NCBI GenBank assembly: GCA_951406725.2
Contig: OX597815.1
Coordinates: 51,212,001-51,276,000, forward strand
Reading direction: 5' to 3'
Origin: Octopus vulgaris
Lineage: Eukaryota
DNA length: 64,000 nucleotides
Position numbers and translations under genes: made by a program. The notes under the pieces were generated by a model. That model saw nothing but the letters and a program-made list of their open reading frames with translations, ran no database searches and was not told the DNA's origin. This document shows positions 1-12,929 of the stretch, piece after piece (the stretch's first letter is position 1; every line of letters starts with the position of its first letter).

Positions 1-1539
1 GTCATTACTGTATAGAAGGAAGAAAGTGGAGAACAAAATTGAATCCTGGAGACACACCAGAGTTGATAGAATGGCTCAATCAACACAAGCAGCAATACTG
101 CAACCTGATGCAATATGAGATCCAATATATGCATACATACAAATATACATACATGCACATACACACATGCACATATATACACACACACATGCACAAACAT
201 AATATATATATGTATATGTATGCATATATACATATATTTATATAAAAATATATGTTTGTATATGTGTGTGTGTAGTGGGGTTAATTTGAAGCTGATGAGT
301 CACATCATCACATCATCACTACTCAGTTTTTCACTACATGCAATTCTTGAGGCAACAAAAGAAAGATTGACGTTTTTTTCTTTCTTTCTTCTTTTTTTTT
401 TGTTCTTGTCATTGGAAAAATTGCAAGTATCAGAAAATTCTGTCTAGTCATTGAGTGAATCATCAGCTTCTAATGAATAAACTCTTGAGTACATCCTTTT
501 TTAATAAGTATTGAGTACTTTTCTTTATAATATTCGTTTATCTAAGAATGCACACACACACATACACACACACACTCTCTCTCTCTCTCTCTTTCTTTCT
601 CTCTCTCTCTCTCACACACACACATACACTCACACACACATGCACACATATATATCATCATCATAATTTTGTCCATTTTGCCCTTTTTCTATACTTGCTT
701 TGGTCAGACAGAATTTTTCATGCCAGATTTTCTATGACCAGATGCCCATCCTATTACCAACCCTCACCTGTTTTAAAGAAAGAGAATATTTCCCCATGGT
801 TGCACACGTTTCCATTGAAGACTGGAAACAACTAACCAATACAGCTTGTATGATTGTAATGCTTGTTTACTATCATCATGTGCTCTCAAGACAAGGGGAC
901 AGAAATACACAGTACACACACATACACACAGATATTGCTTGGCTAATAATTAGATGTCAAAAGCATTAATATACCAATTAGGGTCTTGCTGATCAGATAA
1001 GGTAGTTGTGTGGAACTAGCGATCACCAATGCGGGTATGTACTTCTTGACCCTATAAGGGTAGTGAGTCCTCAATATGTTACCACCATCTCATCCATCAC
1101 TGCCGTTGTTGCACTCTGCCTCATTCATTCATACTTGTTGTTGTACACATAGCCAAGAGCAGCAGGTCTGTTCATTCATCATTATGCCAATTAGGCTATC
1201 CACAAATGTGCTTATATAGCAGCTATTGATTGAGGAAGGAAGGCTAACCAACTATAAGCCAATCCATCAGGAGAGTTCCTTCCTCTATTTTCTGCACATC
1301 ATTAGCATAGAAAGAATTTGTTTACATTGTTGTTTCACCCACAGTGAGACCGTGTAATATACATACATACATATGTACATACATACCTACATATGTACAT
1401 TCATACATACTTGGATACATATGTATTTATATATCTTTAATTTTGCTCAAGTGTTCTCATTTACTGTCTCCAAATATTGTTTCTATTTTATTTTTCACTC
1501 TTTATTAGTATAGAATGTAGTTATTTGTCTATTTGCATA

Positions 1540-1741
1540 AATTGGTTTCAAATTTTGGCAAGTTCGGGAAAGGGAGTACGTTGATTATATCAGCCCCAGT
1601 ATTCCATTGGTACTTATTTTAACACCACCAAAAAGACCAAAGTCAGCCTTGGTAGAATTTGAACTCAAAATATGAAGATGGATGAAATGTTGCTAAGCAT
1701 TTTGCCAGATATGCTAATGATTCTGCCCGCTCTCTGCCTTA
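1540..1741 (-). mobile_element. tRNA-headed SINE, family C (head AAGGC..GAGCTGGCAGAATC.TTAG, B-box GAGTTCAAATTC)
   Basis: A/B-box-like head on the minus strand. Homologous copies at about 5534-5741(-), 9718-9905(-), 24695-25200(-), 25253-25412(-), 51663-51880(+), 52335-52468(+), 53246-53452(+) and 59562-59755(+). Confidence 0.75.
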
Positions 1742-2322
1742 TCTATTTGCATATATTAAGCAATATGCAATGCCATATAATTGAAAGTGGAAAATAGAAA
1801 AAATAAAGCATTGTTAATCTAGGGAGATCTAGATCAACAATACTTTATTTTTATTTTTTTCCACATCCTAGATAGCATTTCTATTATTGGTTTGTTTTTC
1901 TTTAATTCTTCAGGATCTCAAAACTTCTGTTTTCCAGTAGTAGAGAGGACACATAAACAAGCATTAGTTTGCCAAAATGATAGATCTTCACCTAATTTCA
2001 GTAAGCACTTTAGAATTAGTTCATTTAGTGATTTTAATTTGTTTGTTGTTGTTTTTTTTTTGCTTTATTTAAATGTGGTCTTTTCTGAAGGGGGTTATCT
2101 TCCCTTCAATAATTTTACTTAAAATATACCACGGTTTTTTCTACTCCTTACTCTTCCAGCTTGTGTATCTTTTATCATTGCTGCTGTTGTTAGATTTGCT
2201 TGCAGCTTGTGAATACTCAGTCTGGGTATGAGATAGCATAGTAGCAGTATTGAATAAAGTTGGGTATGTTTCTATGTAAGGCCTTATTTGAATGATAGAA
2301 ATATGTATGTACATATAAGTGT

Positions 2323-2354
<32 letters not shown>

Positions 2355-3164
2355 TCACACACATACACATATACATATACGTATACACACACACACATTT
2401 ATTGCTAACAAGGGTGCTTAGTTTGGTTAATATAACAGTCAAACTTCCCTTAACAAATTGCTTCATTACTTCAAAATTGGGGCTACATGTTTCAAATCCT
2501 ACTGTTTAGAATGACATGCTCCATAATAGAGATGGGATAGCCACCGTTAGAAATGCCTACTGAAGGCTTTATTCAATTAGTTGTATTTGTGCCATGTGTC
2601 AGCTGAAATATATCTGATTGGGGATGCCCAGCAACAAACATCAACAGCCGTATAAAGAAATGTTGTCTTTGAACAATCTTAGTTTATTAATAAATTAGTT
2701 CATTTTATCAATGATCATCTATATATTGAGGTAAGCAATATCTAATGGCACCATTGCTTCTACTACAAAAGAAAGTCTGAGGCTTGCAGCAAGACATGTT
2801 TCATGAATAACAAAATGTCTTCTATATTTTACCATTTGTCAAATTGCTATTTGAATAGTATTTGTTTGCTCTTATATTGTTGTCTTTTAGCTTAGTTTTT
2901 TTTTTTTATCTTGCAATTTTTGCTAAGATTCATACATTCCCTTTTGTTGTTCAATGTTCCTTTCCAAAGAGTGATGCTGGTTCTTTGGAGGGGTTCTTTC
3001 TGCTATAGCAGAGATTAAACTAATTTGCTACACATACAGGAGTGCTGAATGTTGGAAGACAAGTTTTGATTTTTTTTGTGTTATGTCAACTTATAATATA
3101 TTTTTATGAAGAAACTATTGTTAATAAACATGCTGGTTATTTCACTTTTCCTTTACTGTAATTT

Positions 3165-3570
3165 TTGTTCAGTCCCGGGTCAATCAACCAAAATCTAACA
3201 GATCTATGTTCAAAGGCATTGCATGTGAGACCATTTTGTCTTTTACCTTTGTTTTTCTGATCAAACATAGTACATCTAAGACTAGATTTACCAATATTTT
3301 TTTTTAAATGGTATGGTGAAATTTAAAGAAAATTCCAATGTTATTTCTAGCAGGTTATGTACCCCTTGATGGGCATTCTTATTGGCATATCGTTGACTAT
3401 AGTTATCATTGTTTTGCTTCTGGTCGTCTCTGACCAAATATCTTAGCTGTGACCTTACTACTTTTAGTCTAAGAATGCATTACCTAATGAGTCTTTCCCT
3501 GTGTACTTGAGGAAGATTTTGATTTATTTTATAGCAGACAGAGTGACTAAGAAGACGCTCTGTTGTTAGT
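3165..3570 (-). repeat. Two decayed copies of dispersed repeat family F (probable SINE or LINE tail ending in (CAA)n)
   Basis: Shared motifs 'GATCAAAGGCATTCCAGC..TGACC' and 'GGAGATTTGGCTGCTATTTCTAGCAG'. Other copies at about 13820-14040, 23850-24012, 32255-32335, 35215-35330, 37935-38310, 44978-45155, 52530-52715 and 54448-54650, and in opposite orientation at 39035-39150 and 56140-56570. Confidence 0.55.
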
Positions 3571-4435
3571 TCGAATCAGCAAATAATTTACAGGTGCATT
3601 AGTTATTCCAGAAAGTTTTGTGGAGGAAACAAACAAAATATTATATTTGACATACAAATATTTTCATTGCCATGTCCTTCCTTCAACAATTATTAGAATA
3701 TTTCATTTCTGTTGATAATGAATTTAATTTCAAAGCAACACCTATGTCTCTCATAACTGTGCACATTGTTAAATTCCATATGTTTTCTATAATTTAAAGA
3801 AAATATATTTTGTTGAATCTAAAATATCCTCATTAGCTTATAGATTTTTTCCTTTTTTTTAATTGAGAACATTGATTTACATAACTGTATTTATTTTAAA
3901 AGTTTTCTTTCAAAATATGTCTGGAACTTTTGTATATGACATCTTGAGGCTATATGGCTGTGAGGAATATTTCTCATTTGAGAAATGCAACACTGCTGGA
4001 AATAGACAGGCAGGAAAAGAAATAATATAAAGTTCTTTTAATTGAAGAGATGAAATTCAACACAGAATTACATTACTGTTAGCATAATGATTCCAACATA
4101 CCTTGAAGTTGCATATAAAAATGTCTCTTGATTCATGAATAAAATATCTTTTATTCATATATGATTAAGTAGGGTTTGAAATAATTGGATGATTTTTTTC
4201 CCCTCCTTAAATGCTATGTGATAGGCAGCAGCATCTACACACCACTATTTACAAGTTAAACTACTGGAACCAGTTTATTTGATTTGTCAAAAGAAAATTT
4301 CCAAACTTAATTACATTATCTCTACATCAACACTATTTGCTTATAGGCTACAAAGTATAATAGAGAGGCTTTTTAGCTTGAATGGTTCTAATTTCTTATA
4401 TTTTGTTTTGATACTATTGCTGTGTTGTATGTATA

Positions 4436-4454
4436 TGTCTGTGTGTGAGTGAAG

Positions 4455-4503
<49 letters not shown>

Positions 4504-4540
4504 AGACTGAGGGAGAGAGAGAAAGAGAGTAAGAGAGATG
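4436..4540. repeat. (TG)n/(GA)n microsatellite
   Basis: Read directly. Similar (CA)/(TG) tracts at 549-650, 4955-5180, 5340-5460 and 16812-16910. Confidence 0.95.
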
Positions 4541-5355
4541 AAATGGTTTGTATTGACTGCAATGGTTGATGTAAATATCATATTTCATGTAAATCAATCA
4601 TGCACAGGAATAAATGTCTTTTTGAAGGAGGGGCCTATGTCTTCTCCCCCCCCCCACACACACACAGGCATTAAATAAAGACAGTGCCAGTACAATGGAA
4701 CAATATTAAAACTAGAAATTTTGTGTTTCAAAATTTACTACAAGCATCACATAATTGACACCAACTTAACAAACAGGGGTTTGATTATTGATTCCTTGAG
4801 TCTTGGGGAAGGAAACAAATAGGAGTTTGGTAAATGGATGAACATTTCTTGAATATCAAATAAGAACAAATAAAGGAGCAGCATCTTAGTCATTAAACAA
4901 TTGACATAGCGTTACATGAAATTTAGCTGTGAAGAGGATTATTCCCTAAATCTTGCACACACACACACACAAACAAGCAAAAAACAAATAATCATTCACA
5001 CACACACACACTGACATGCATGCACATGCACACACAAGTACACAGACATGCAAACTCACACACACACACACACAAACAATCATTTACACAGACACACACA
5101 CACACACACTGACAAAAATGCACAGACACACACACACACAAGTACACACATATGCAAATGCACAGACACACACACACACAATTCAACTTTGTGTGAATGC
5201 CTGATGCCTCTCATTTACATATTTTCTGGCATTGATACATTCTTACAAATTCTAAGAAAAATAACCCAGATAGAGGAGATGTGGTTTGTAAATAATGAAA
5301 AAATGCTTAAGTTGTCTATACATGCAAAAATATTGATGTGATGTGTGTTTGTGTC

Positions 5356-5396
<41 letters not shown>

Positions 5397-5405
5397 GCGT
5401 GTGTC

Positions 5406-5440
<35 letters not shown>

Positions 5441-5533
5441 GTATGCACGTGTGTGTGTGCATTATAATAATAATATATCAAAAAAATGTCACAGAAATTT
5501 CATTGACACATTGCAAAAGTGATTCCCACATAA

Positions 5534-5741
5534 TATTGGTTTCAAATTTTGACACAAAGCCAGTAATTTCAAGGAAAGGGATAAGACAATCACATTGACC
5601 CCGAAACTTAACTGGTACTTATTCAATTGACCCTGAAAGGATGAAAGGTAAAAAAGGTAAAAACTGAAAATGCAAACACAGACAAAATACCACTAAGCAT
5701 TTTGCCCAGCATGCTAACAAATTCTGCCAGCTCACTGCCTT
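5534..5741 (-). mobile_element. SINE family C copy
   Basis: Homologous to 1540-1741 ('ttggtttcaaattttg...cattttgcccagcatgctaac...ctgccagctcactgcctt'). Confidence 0.75.
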
Positions 5742-5921
5742 TTTCTCATACAATATTACAACAACAAACATACAAAGCATAACAACAATAAGTCAAAATA
5801 ACAAAAATAGCATATCATAATAATATATGACAATACACTATAATATATACATCAGAAATAGTACATATTTCGAGAAATTCAGTAATATCTCCTTATAAAC
5901 ATATTATGCATATATACATAT

Positions 5922-6427
5922 ATATAAAATTAGTGTACATTTATACACAAAAGAGGTGACCCTAAACAGGACACCTTACATGCTAAAAGGGACAGTCAAA
6001 GTCCAAACCACGGTTAAGAGTAATTTCGAAGGGGCTGAAAAATAAAAACATTTTCAATAGTTACCACTTGTACCTAGGTTTCGAACATTAATGAACAACT
6101 AAAATAATGCTCTTCATTAGCAAGGGCACTAATAATTAATGTATAATTATGGGACAAATAGAGAGCGCATGTCACATCTTCATACATTATCATTTTCCAA
6201 ATCCACTATGAAAGCACAGTCATTGTTGGCAACAAATAAAAATTTGTGTCGACTTTCTTCAAAATTACTAAAATCATATTAAGAAAATATATAGGGTACA
6301 ATGTTTTTATTTTTATCCCCTTCAAAATTACTCTTAACCGCAGTTTGGACTTTGACTTCCTTTTAGCATGTAAGGTGTCCTGTTTAGGGTCACCACGTTT
6401 GTGTATAAATGTACACTAATTTTATAT
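5922..6427. mobile_element. Inverted-repeat (MITE-like or inverted pseudo-LTR) element with about 130-bp arms
   Basis: 5922-6052 is the reverse complement of 6300-6427 with few mismatches; the spacer is about 250 bp. Confidence 0.85.
6067..6124 (-). ncRNA. Type I hammerhead ribozyme motif (core G5>A variant)
   Basis: Minus strand reads CTTG-CTAATGA-A-GAGCATTA-(14-nt loop)-TAATGTTC-GAAA-CCTAGG-TA-CAAG: stem I CTTG/CAAG, 8-bp stem II, palindromic stem III and a GUA cleavage triplet. Confidence 0.75.
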
Positions 6428-6533
6428 GAAAAATATGTTGTCTATTGACTATTTTATGCATGCTAGCCACTGGTAGAAAATTTCTGTAATTCTTCTACCC
6501 TATATATTTTATATGTATATATATGTGTATGTA

Positions 6534-7102
6534 TTCTTTTACTTGTTTCAGTCATTTGACTGTGGTCATCCTGGAGCACCACCTTTAGGCAAAGAAATCG
6601 ACCCCAGGACGTACTTTTTGTAATCCTAGTACTTATTCTATCAGAGCACCACATTGCAGGGATGTAAACACACCAACATCGGTTGTCAAGCAATGGTGGG
6701 GGGAACAAAGAAGCACACACATACACACATAAATATATACATATATATATATATACATATATATACATATATATCACCATGATCACCGTGACTGACCAGG
6801 CTATCAGATGTTGCTACACATTGCTGGTCACAATGCGCTTCGCATTGTTTTAGCCTTCAAATGACGTCACCCCGCTGGCTAAGCCGACGGTGCTGCACAC
6901 TTTGCGGCTCCATGATATTTAACGTTATATAATAATATATATATATACATATATATATATATATGACAGACTCGTTTCAGTTTCTGTCTACCAAATCCAC
7001 TCTCAAGGCTTTGGTTGGCCCAAGGCTACAGCAGAAGACACTTGCTCAAGGTGCCATGCTCTGGGAGTGAACCAGAACCCTGTGATTGGGAAGTAATTTT
7101 CT
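6534..7102 (-). mobile_element. tRNA-headed SINE family B (CORE-like 'CCTTGGGCAAG'), interrupted by an insertion in its internal (TA)n
   Basis: Reverse-complement homology to 14995-15369. Confidence 0.8.
6773..6926. mobile_element. Short multi-hairpin repeat flanked by (TA)n
   Basis: Homologous to 17919-18035. Stems GACCAG/CTGGTC, ACAATGCG/CGCATTGT and TTAGCC/GGCTAA. Confidence 0.7.
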
Positions 7103-7151
7103 TACCATATAGCCACACCTGCACTTATCTATCTATCTAACTATCTATCTA

Positions 7152-7204
<53 letters not shown>

Positions 7205-7253
7205 CATGTATATATTTATAAATATTTTACATATATTTATGTTTATATATATA

Positions 7254-8545
7254 TCATCATCATCATTGTCGTTTAACATCTGCTTTCTATGCTGGCATAG
7301 GTTGGACAGTTTGACTGGGGACCGACAAGCCAGAAGGCTGTACCAGGCTCCAATCCAATTTGGTAAAGTTTCAACAACTGGATGCCCTTCCTAATGCTAA
7401 CCACTCTGAGAGTGTAGTGGGTGCTTTTTACGTGCCACTGGCATGAGTGCCAGTCAGGCAGTACTGGTATCAACCACACTTGAATGGTGCTTTTTAAATG
7501 CCACCAGCACGGGAGCCAGTCAGACAGCACTGGCAATGATCATATTCAAATGGTGCTTTTAACATGCCACTGGCACATGTGTCAATCAGGTGGTACTGTC
7601 ATTGGCCACAACAACAATTTCACTTGCCTCAACAGGTCTTCGCAAGCATAGTTTATTGCTCAATTATTGAAGGGTACTCTTAAGTGGGCTGGTTATGCTG
7701 CACTGGCATAGGCCATGGTTACGGTCTCACTTGGCTTGCCGGGTCTTCTCAATCACAGCATATCTCCAAAGGTCTCAATCACTTGTCATTGCCTTGGTGA
7801 GGCCCAATGTTAGAAGGTCATGCTTCACCACCTCATCCCACGTCTTCCTGGGTCTACCTCCTTCACAGGTTCCTTCTACTGCTAGAGTGTGACACTTTAT
7901 CACACAGCTGTCCTCATCCATTCACACCACATGACCGTACCAGCACAGTCGTCTCTCTTGCACACCACATCTGATGCTTCTCAAGTCCAACTTTTCTCTC
8001 AGAGTGGTTACCCTCTGTTGTGTATGCACATTGGCATTACTCATCCAGTGGAGCATACTGGCTTCATTCCTTGCAAGCTTACTCATGTCCTCAACAATCA
8101 TGGCCCATGTTTCACTGCCATGTAGCATTGCTGTTTGCACACATATGTCATACAGTCTACCTTTTACCCTGAGTGAGAGGCCCTTTGTCACCAGCAGATG
8201 TAGGGGCTCTCTGAATTTTGCCCAGGCTATTCTTATTCTAGCAGCTACACCTTCAGAGCATCCACCCCCACTACTGACATGGTCACCTAGGTAGTGAAAG
8301 CTATCAACTACTAGTAGGTTTTCCCCCTGGAATATGATGGAAGCTGTTTTCTGCACATTTTCAGTGTTTATTGCTCCTGAGAATTTGCCACACATAAAAA
8401 CTATCTTCCCAGTTAGCCTTCCTGTGATATTGCTGCACCTCTTATGTGTCCATAGCTTACATTTGGTACATCTTATGGAGTTTCTCCCTATGCCTTTTCC
8501 ACAGATCGAGCAGGGCCATCCACCTGAAGGGATTTTTGGTTTGTC
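7254..8545 (-). mobile_element. RTE-clade LINE 3' fragment (ORF2 C-terminus, 3' UTR, (GAT)n tail)
   Basis: Minus translation includes a PHD-like finger, 'VVDSFHYLGD', 'MLHGSETW' and 'QERRLCWYGHV', typical of the RTE ORF2 C-terminus. (CAT)n at the left end. Confidence 0.9.
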
Positions 8546-8812
8546 TATATTTATATATTCATTTATATGTGTGTGTGTGTGTGTGTGTGTGTTTATATAT
8601 TTTTTTTATTCTTTTATTCAGGTTGATTGGAATTTCTTTCATTGATCCCAAACGATGAAACCACCTCAAGGTCCACTCTTTGTTACAATGTAGCGGCTTG
8701 TATGCCTCAATGATGCTAAGAGCTACTCCACCAGAGTACAAGCTCCTAGTAGGGTCTCTAATACTGGACATATTAAATGATAGAAGCCAGATTAATATGG
8801 ATCACTTCTTTT

Positions 8813-9010
8813 CATCATCATCATTATTTAATGTCCATTTTCCATGCCAGTATGGGTTAGACAGTTTGACTGGAGCTGGTAAGCTGGAGAGTTGCACCAA
8901 GCTCCAGTCATCTGTTTTGGTTTGGTTTCTACAGCTAGATGCCCTTCCTAACACCAACTACTTTACTGAGTGTGCTGGGTATCTTTTGCATGACACTGGC
9001 ACATGTGCCA
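8813..9010 (-). mobile_element. RTE-type 3' UTR fragment
   Basis: 'catcatcatt..tttaatgtccattttccatgccag...gatgcccttcctaacaccaac' is homologous to the RTE tail. Other short copies at 15419-15760(-), 16946-17150(-), 26797-27000(-), 33140-33457(+), 50815-51035(+) and 54200-54385(+). Confidence 0.75.
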
Positions 9011-9374
9011 AAAATGGGCTTGTGTGTAGGGCCAATGCCCATACCAAAAAAAAGTGGAGTTACAGAATCATCAATTACAATTCAAAACAAACAAGACTTG
9101 GGAGAGGAAGGCCTTCCCTCAGGAAAGCCACTCCCTTAAAGAAACCAACATCCTGTATTGCAGCCCAATGTCAAAACCAGTGGAGAAATGTCATTGATGG
9201 CAGAGAGTGAAAGGCTTAAATACCTAAATACCTAAAAGGATGAAAGTGATGTTGACCCCAGCAGGATTAGTTATTTCACTCTGTAAAAATCTAAGGTTCT
9301 TTTTCAACTCATTAAAGAGGAAACTGTAATTAATGAAAACAATATATTTATTTACACAGATCAATTGGAATAGT

Positions 9375-9700
9375 GAAAGCACATGGCTTAGTGGTTAGGG
9401 TACTTGACTCACAGTTGTAAGGTCGTGAGTTTGATTCCTGGCAACATGTTGAGCCTTTGAGCAAACATTTTATTTCACATTGCTCCAGTCCACTCAGCTA
9501 GCAAAAATGAGTTGTGCCTGTATTTCAAAGGGTCAGCTTTGTCACATTCTGTGTAACACTGCTTCTCCCTGAGAACTATGTGAAGGGTATGCATGTTTGT
9601 AGAGTGCTCAGTCACTTGCACATTAATTTCATGAGCAAGCTGTTCCATTGATCAGATCAAGTGGAACGCTCATCATCATAACCAACATAGTGCCAGTACA
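9375..9700 (+). mobile_element. tRNA-headed SINE family D, tail type 1
   Basis: A-box TGGCTTAGTGG, B-box-like GAGTTTGATTCC, body 'ttgagcaa...ttgctccagtccactcagct'. Confidence 0.75.
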
Positions 9701-10587
9701 ATGGGAATATATAATGCTTTAAAATTTTAGCCCAATGGCAGAAAGTTTGGAGAGAGGGGTACAAGTTAAATTCATTAACCCCAGTAATCAACTGGTATTT
9801 AATTTATTGATCCTGAATGGATGAAAGCCATAGTTGCTGTTGGCAGCATTTGAACTCAGAATGTAAAACCAGAAGACATGCTGTTCAGCATTTTGTCCAG
9901 CTCATTACTTTCAATGTGAAAAGATAATGAATCATTTTCTTAAAATGGCGACATGGAATTTCAGGGAGGTTTGGCTATTGTCTCTTGCACGCCACATTTA
10001 TGGTATGTTTATACTGCCAATTGGCTTGGATTTTAAATAGTTAAGACCTGGACTACAACGTTCTGATTGGCACATACAGCAAAATAACATACAAATGACA
10101 CAGTGAAGATTAAACTTACCCCTAGCCATGTAAATTACTTTTGTAAAATAAATTTTTAATTTCTGAAAACTATCTCCCTTTTTCTTTAAGGGTCAATAGC
10201 AATTATTATTAGTTTTCTTTGTCTTTCTACAATTAAATGGAAAATTTCAGCTAATTGGGATATTTTTAATATATTATTTAGTACATTAACCCTCTTAAAT
10301 TATTTAGCTGTAACTCTGATAACTAGAAGGTGGAGCTGCTGGTAGTTTGCTAATTGGGAAAATAACAAAGCTTATATTTTGCCTTCAGTGATATCTTCAT
10401 TATCATACATTGCATGTATATGCATGTGTATATGAGTGATATGAATGCATATATATATATATGTGTATGTATGTATGTATAACTACTACTCACACCAATC
10501 TATGGACCGGCATATATATATATATACATGTGTGTGTGTGTTTGTGCACATGTATGCATATATGTGTATATATATAAAGATATGCAT

Positions 10588-11560
10588 ATCATCATTGTTT
10601 AACATCCATTTTCCATGCTGGCATAGGTTGGATGGTTTGATTGAGGTCTGGAGAGCCAGTGGCTGCACCAGGTTCCAGTCTGATCTGGCAATGTTTCTAC
10701 TGCTGGATGCCCTTCATAATGCCAACCACTCAGAGAGTGTAGAGGAGGCTTTTTATGTGCCACTGGCACAGGAGCTAGTCAGATGAGCCTGGAATCGATC
10801 ACGTTTGGATAGTACTTTTTACATGCCACTGGTACTGGGGCCAGTCAGGAAGTACTGGCATCGGCAACGTTTGGATAGTCCTTTTTACGTGCTGCCAGCA
10901 TGAGAGCCAGTCAGTGGGTACTGGCATTGGCCATATTTGGATGGTGCTTTTTACGTGCCACCAGCATGGGAGCCAAGTCAGTGGGTACTGGCATCGGCCA
11001 CATTCAGATGGTGCTTTTTATGTGTCACAGGCATGAGAGTCAGTCAGTGTGTACTTGCATCAGCCACATTCGGATGGTGCTTTTTACATGCTACTGGCAT
11101 GGGAGCCAGCCAGTGGGTACTGGCATCAGCCATGTTCGGATGGTGTTTTTTACATGCTACCGGCATGGGAGCCAGTCAGGTGGTACTGCCATCGGCCACA
11201 TTCCGATGGTGCTGTTTACATGCCACTGGCATGAGAGTCAGTCAGTGTGTACTGGCATCAGCCACATTCGGATGGTGCTTTTTATATGCCACCGACATGG
11301 GAGCCATTCAGTGGCTACTGGCATCGGCCGTGTTTGGATGGTGCTTTTTACTGCCACTAGCACTTGGGCCAGTCAGAACATACTGGCATCGGCCACATTT
11401 GGATGGTGCTGTTTACATGCCACTGGTATGGGAGCCAGTCAGTGGGTACTAGCATCAGCCACATTCAGATGGTGCTTTTTACATGCCACTGGCATGGAAG
11501 CCAGTCAGTGTGTACTGGCATTGGCCATGTTTGGATGGTGCTTTTTACATGCAACCAGCA
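10588..11560 (-). mobile_element. RTE 3' UTR copy with an expanded internal minisatellite
   Basis: RTE tail motif at 10588-10760 followed by the tandem array. Confidence 0.85.
10790..11555. repeat. Tandem array of about 12 x 66-bp units
   Basis: Anchor GGATGGTGCTTTTTAC (or variant) recurs at 10807, 10873, 10939, 11006, 11072, 11138, 11204, 11270, 11336, 11401, 11467 and 11533. Confidence 0.95.
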
Positions 11561-11727
11561 TATATAATATATGTAATTATGTACATATTTGTATGCACTA
11601 GCTGGTACCTATCATTTCTCTCTCCCCATCATTGTTCTTCAGTAAAACCTTGCATAATATCCACTGATGGTCAGTACTCTCTTCTCAGATATGAAGCCCA
11701 TAGTAAACATTGAAAGATCTGGCTGTA

Positions 11728-12200
11728 CTCACACACACCACACAACCATTCACAAGCACATGCACACACACAGTATTTCACACACAATCATTCACATAAA
11801 CACATATACTGTCACTCATATACACACAATTACTCTCTCTCTCTCCCCTCTCTCTCACACACATACATACAATCACTCACACACAATCACTCTCACACAC
11901 AATCATTCACATACTTATACAATCACTCATACACACTCACATACACACAATTACTTACACACATAGACACAATCGCTGACACACTTACACATACACACAT
12001 ACAATCACTAACACATGCAATCATTCATATACACACTTATACATTCACTCACATACACACACACACATACACATACAATCACTCACACATACTCATGCAC
12101 ACACATATTCACTCATGCACACACATACTCACACATGCACACACATACTCCCTCATACACATTACACACAGTCAGATACACACACACAAACACAATCGCT
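11728..12200. repeat. Degenerate (CA)-rich cryptic repeat with ACAATCACTC units
   Basis: Read directly. Confidence 0.85.
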
Positions 12201-12929
12201 TATAATGGTTGGTTGAAACAGTTATCTACAATTAGCATTTTTTTTTTTCATCAATTTGGGGAGAAGAAATTTCTTTTTTACTCAGAAAACTTATACATCA
12301 ATTAAGGATGGAAATCCTGGAAAGAAAGAAATTTATTTTCCAAGAATGCAGTACAAGAAAATTCAAAGTTACAGTCTTCAGCAATAATGTATTTCTCAGA
12401 TTATTTTCAGATTTTAAAACCCTGATTAATTCATTTCATTGAGTCTATTTTAACATAAAACAAACAATTTCATTAAAAAAATATATTTTGTAGCACTTTT
12501 TTTTTATCTTTTAAAATTTTAATTTTAATATATTCTTCAAAGATTTGTTAATTTAGCTCCTAGCTATGTTTTATTTCCTATAGAAATCGAGAACTTTCTG
12601 CTGAAATATTTGTCACTTTAAGAATACATTGATTAATTTCAAAATGTTTTGTTGTCAAATTTAATGCCAGTTTTTGTGAGCTTAACATGGTTAAATCTGA
12701 AAGAATTAATCTGTATTGTTAGTAATGCTTGTCTGGACAGACAGTATGTAAACGCCACTAAATAAAGTAGAACCTAGTCAGAACTTTGTTCTTGTGGCTG
12801 CTTATGGAAATATTAAACTATCTATTCAAATAACATAGCTTTGCTGCTAATTGACAGAGGCAGCACCTTAGCAATCTCTTCTTTAATAGCACGCCTAACA
12901 CAAATAATGGTGAATCAGCAACAGCGAAA

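Noticed and set aside
1850-2285. Minus-strand protein-like stretch (LNELILKCLLKLGEDLSFW...)
   Set aside because: It contains stops and has no recognisable family motif; it may be a decayed TE ORF but I cannot support that.
10940-11500. Compensatory covariation in the CGTGCC/GGCACG hairpin (CATGCC/GGCATG)
   Set aside because: CpG deamination on both strands explains it, so it is not evidence of selection on RNA structure.
10790-11555. CRISPR-like regularly spaced array and the 233-aa ORF
   Set aside because: The whole 66-bp unit is repeated with no unique spacers, there are no cas genes, and the unit comes from a LINE 3' UTR. The ORFs arise because the period is divisible by 3.
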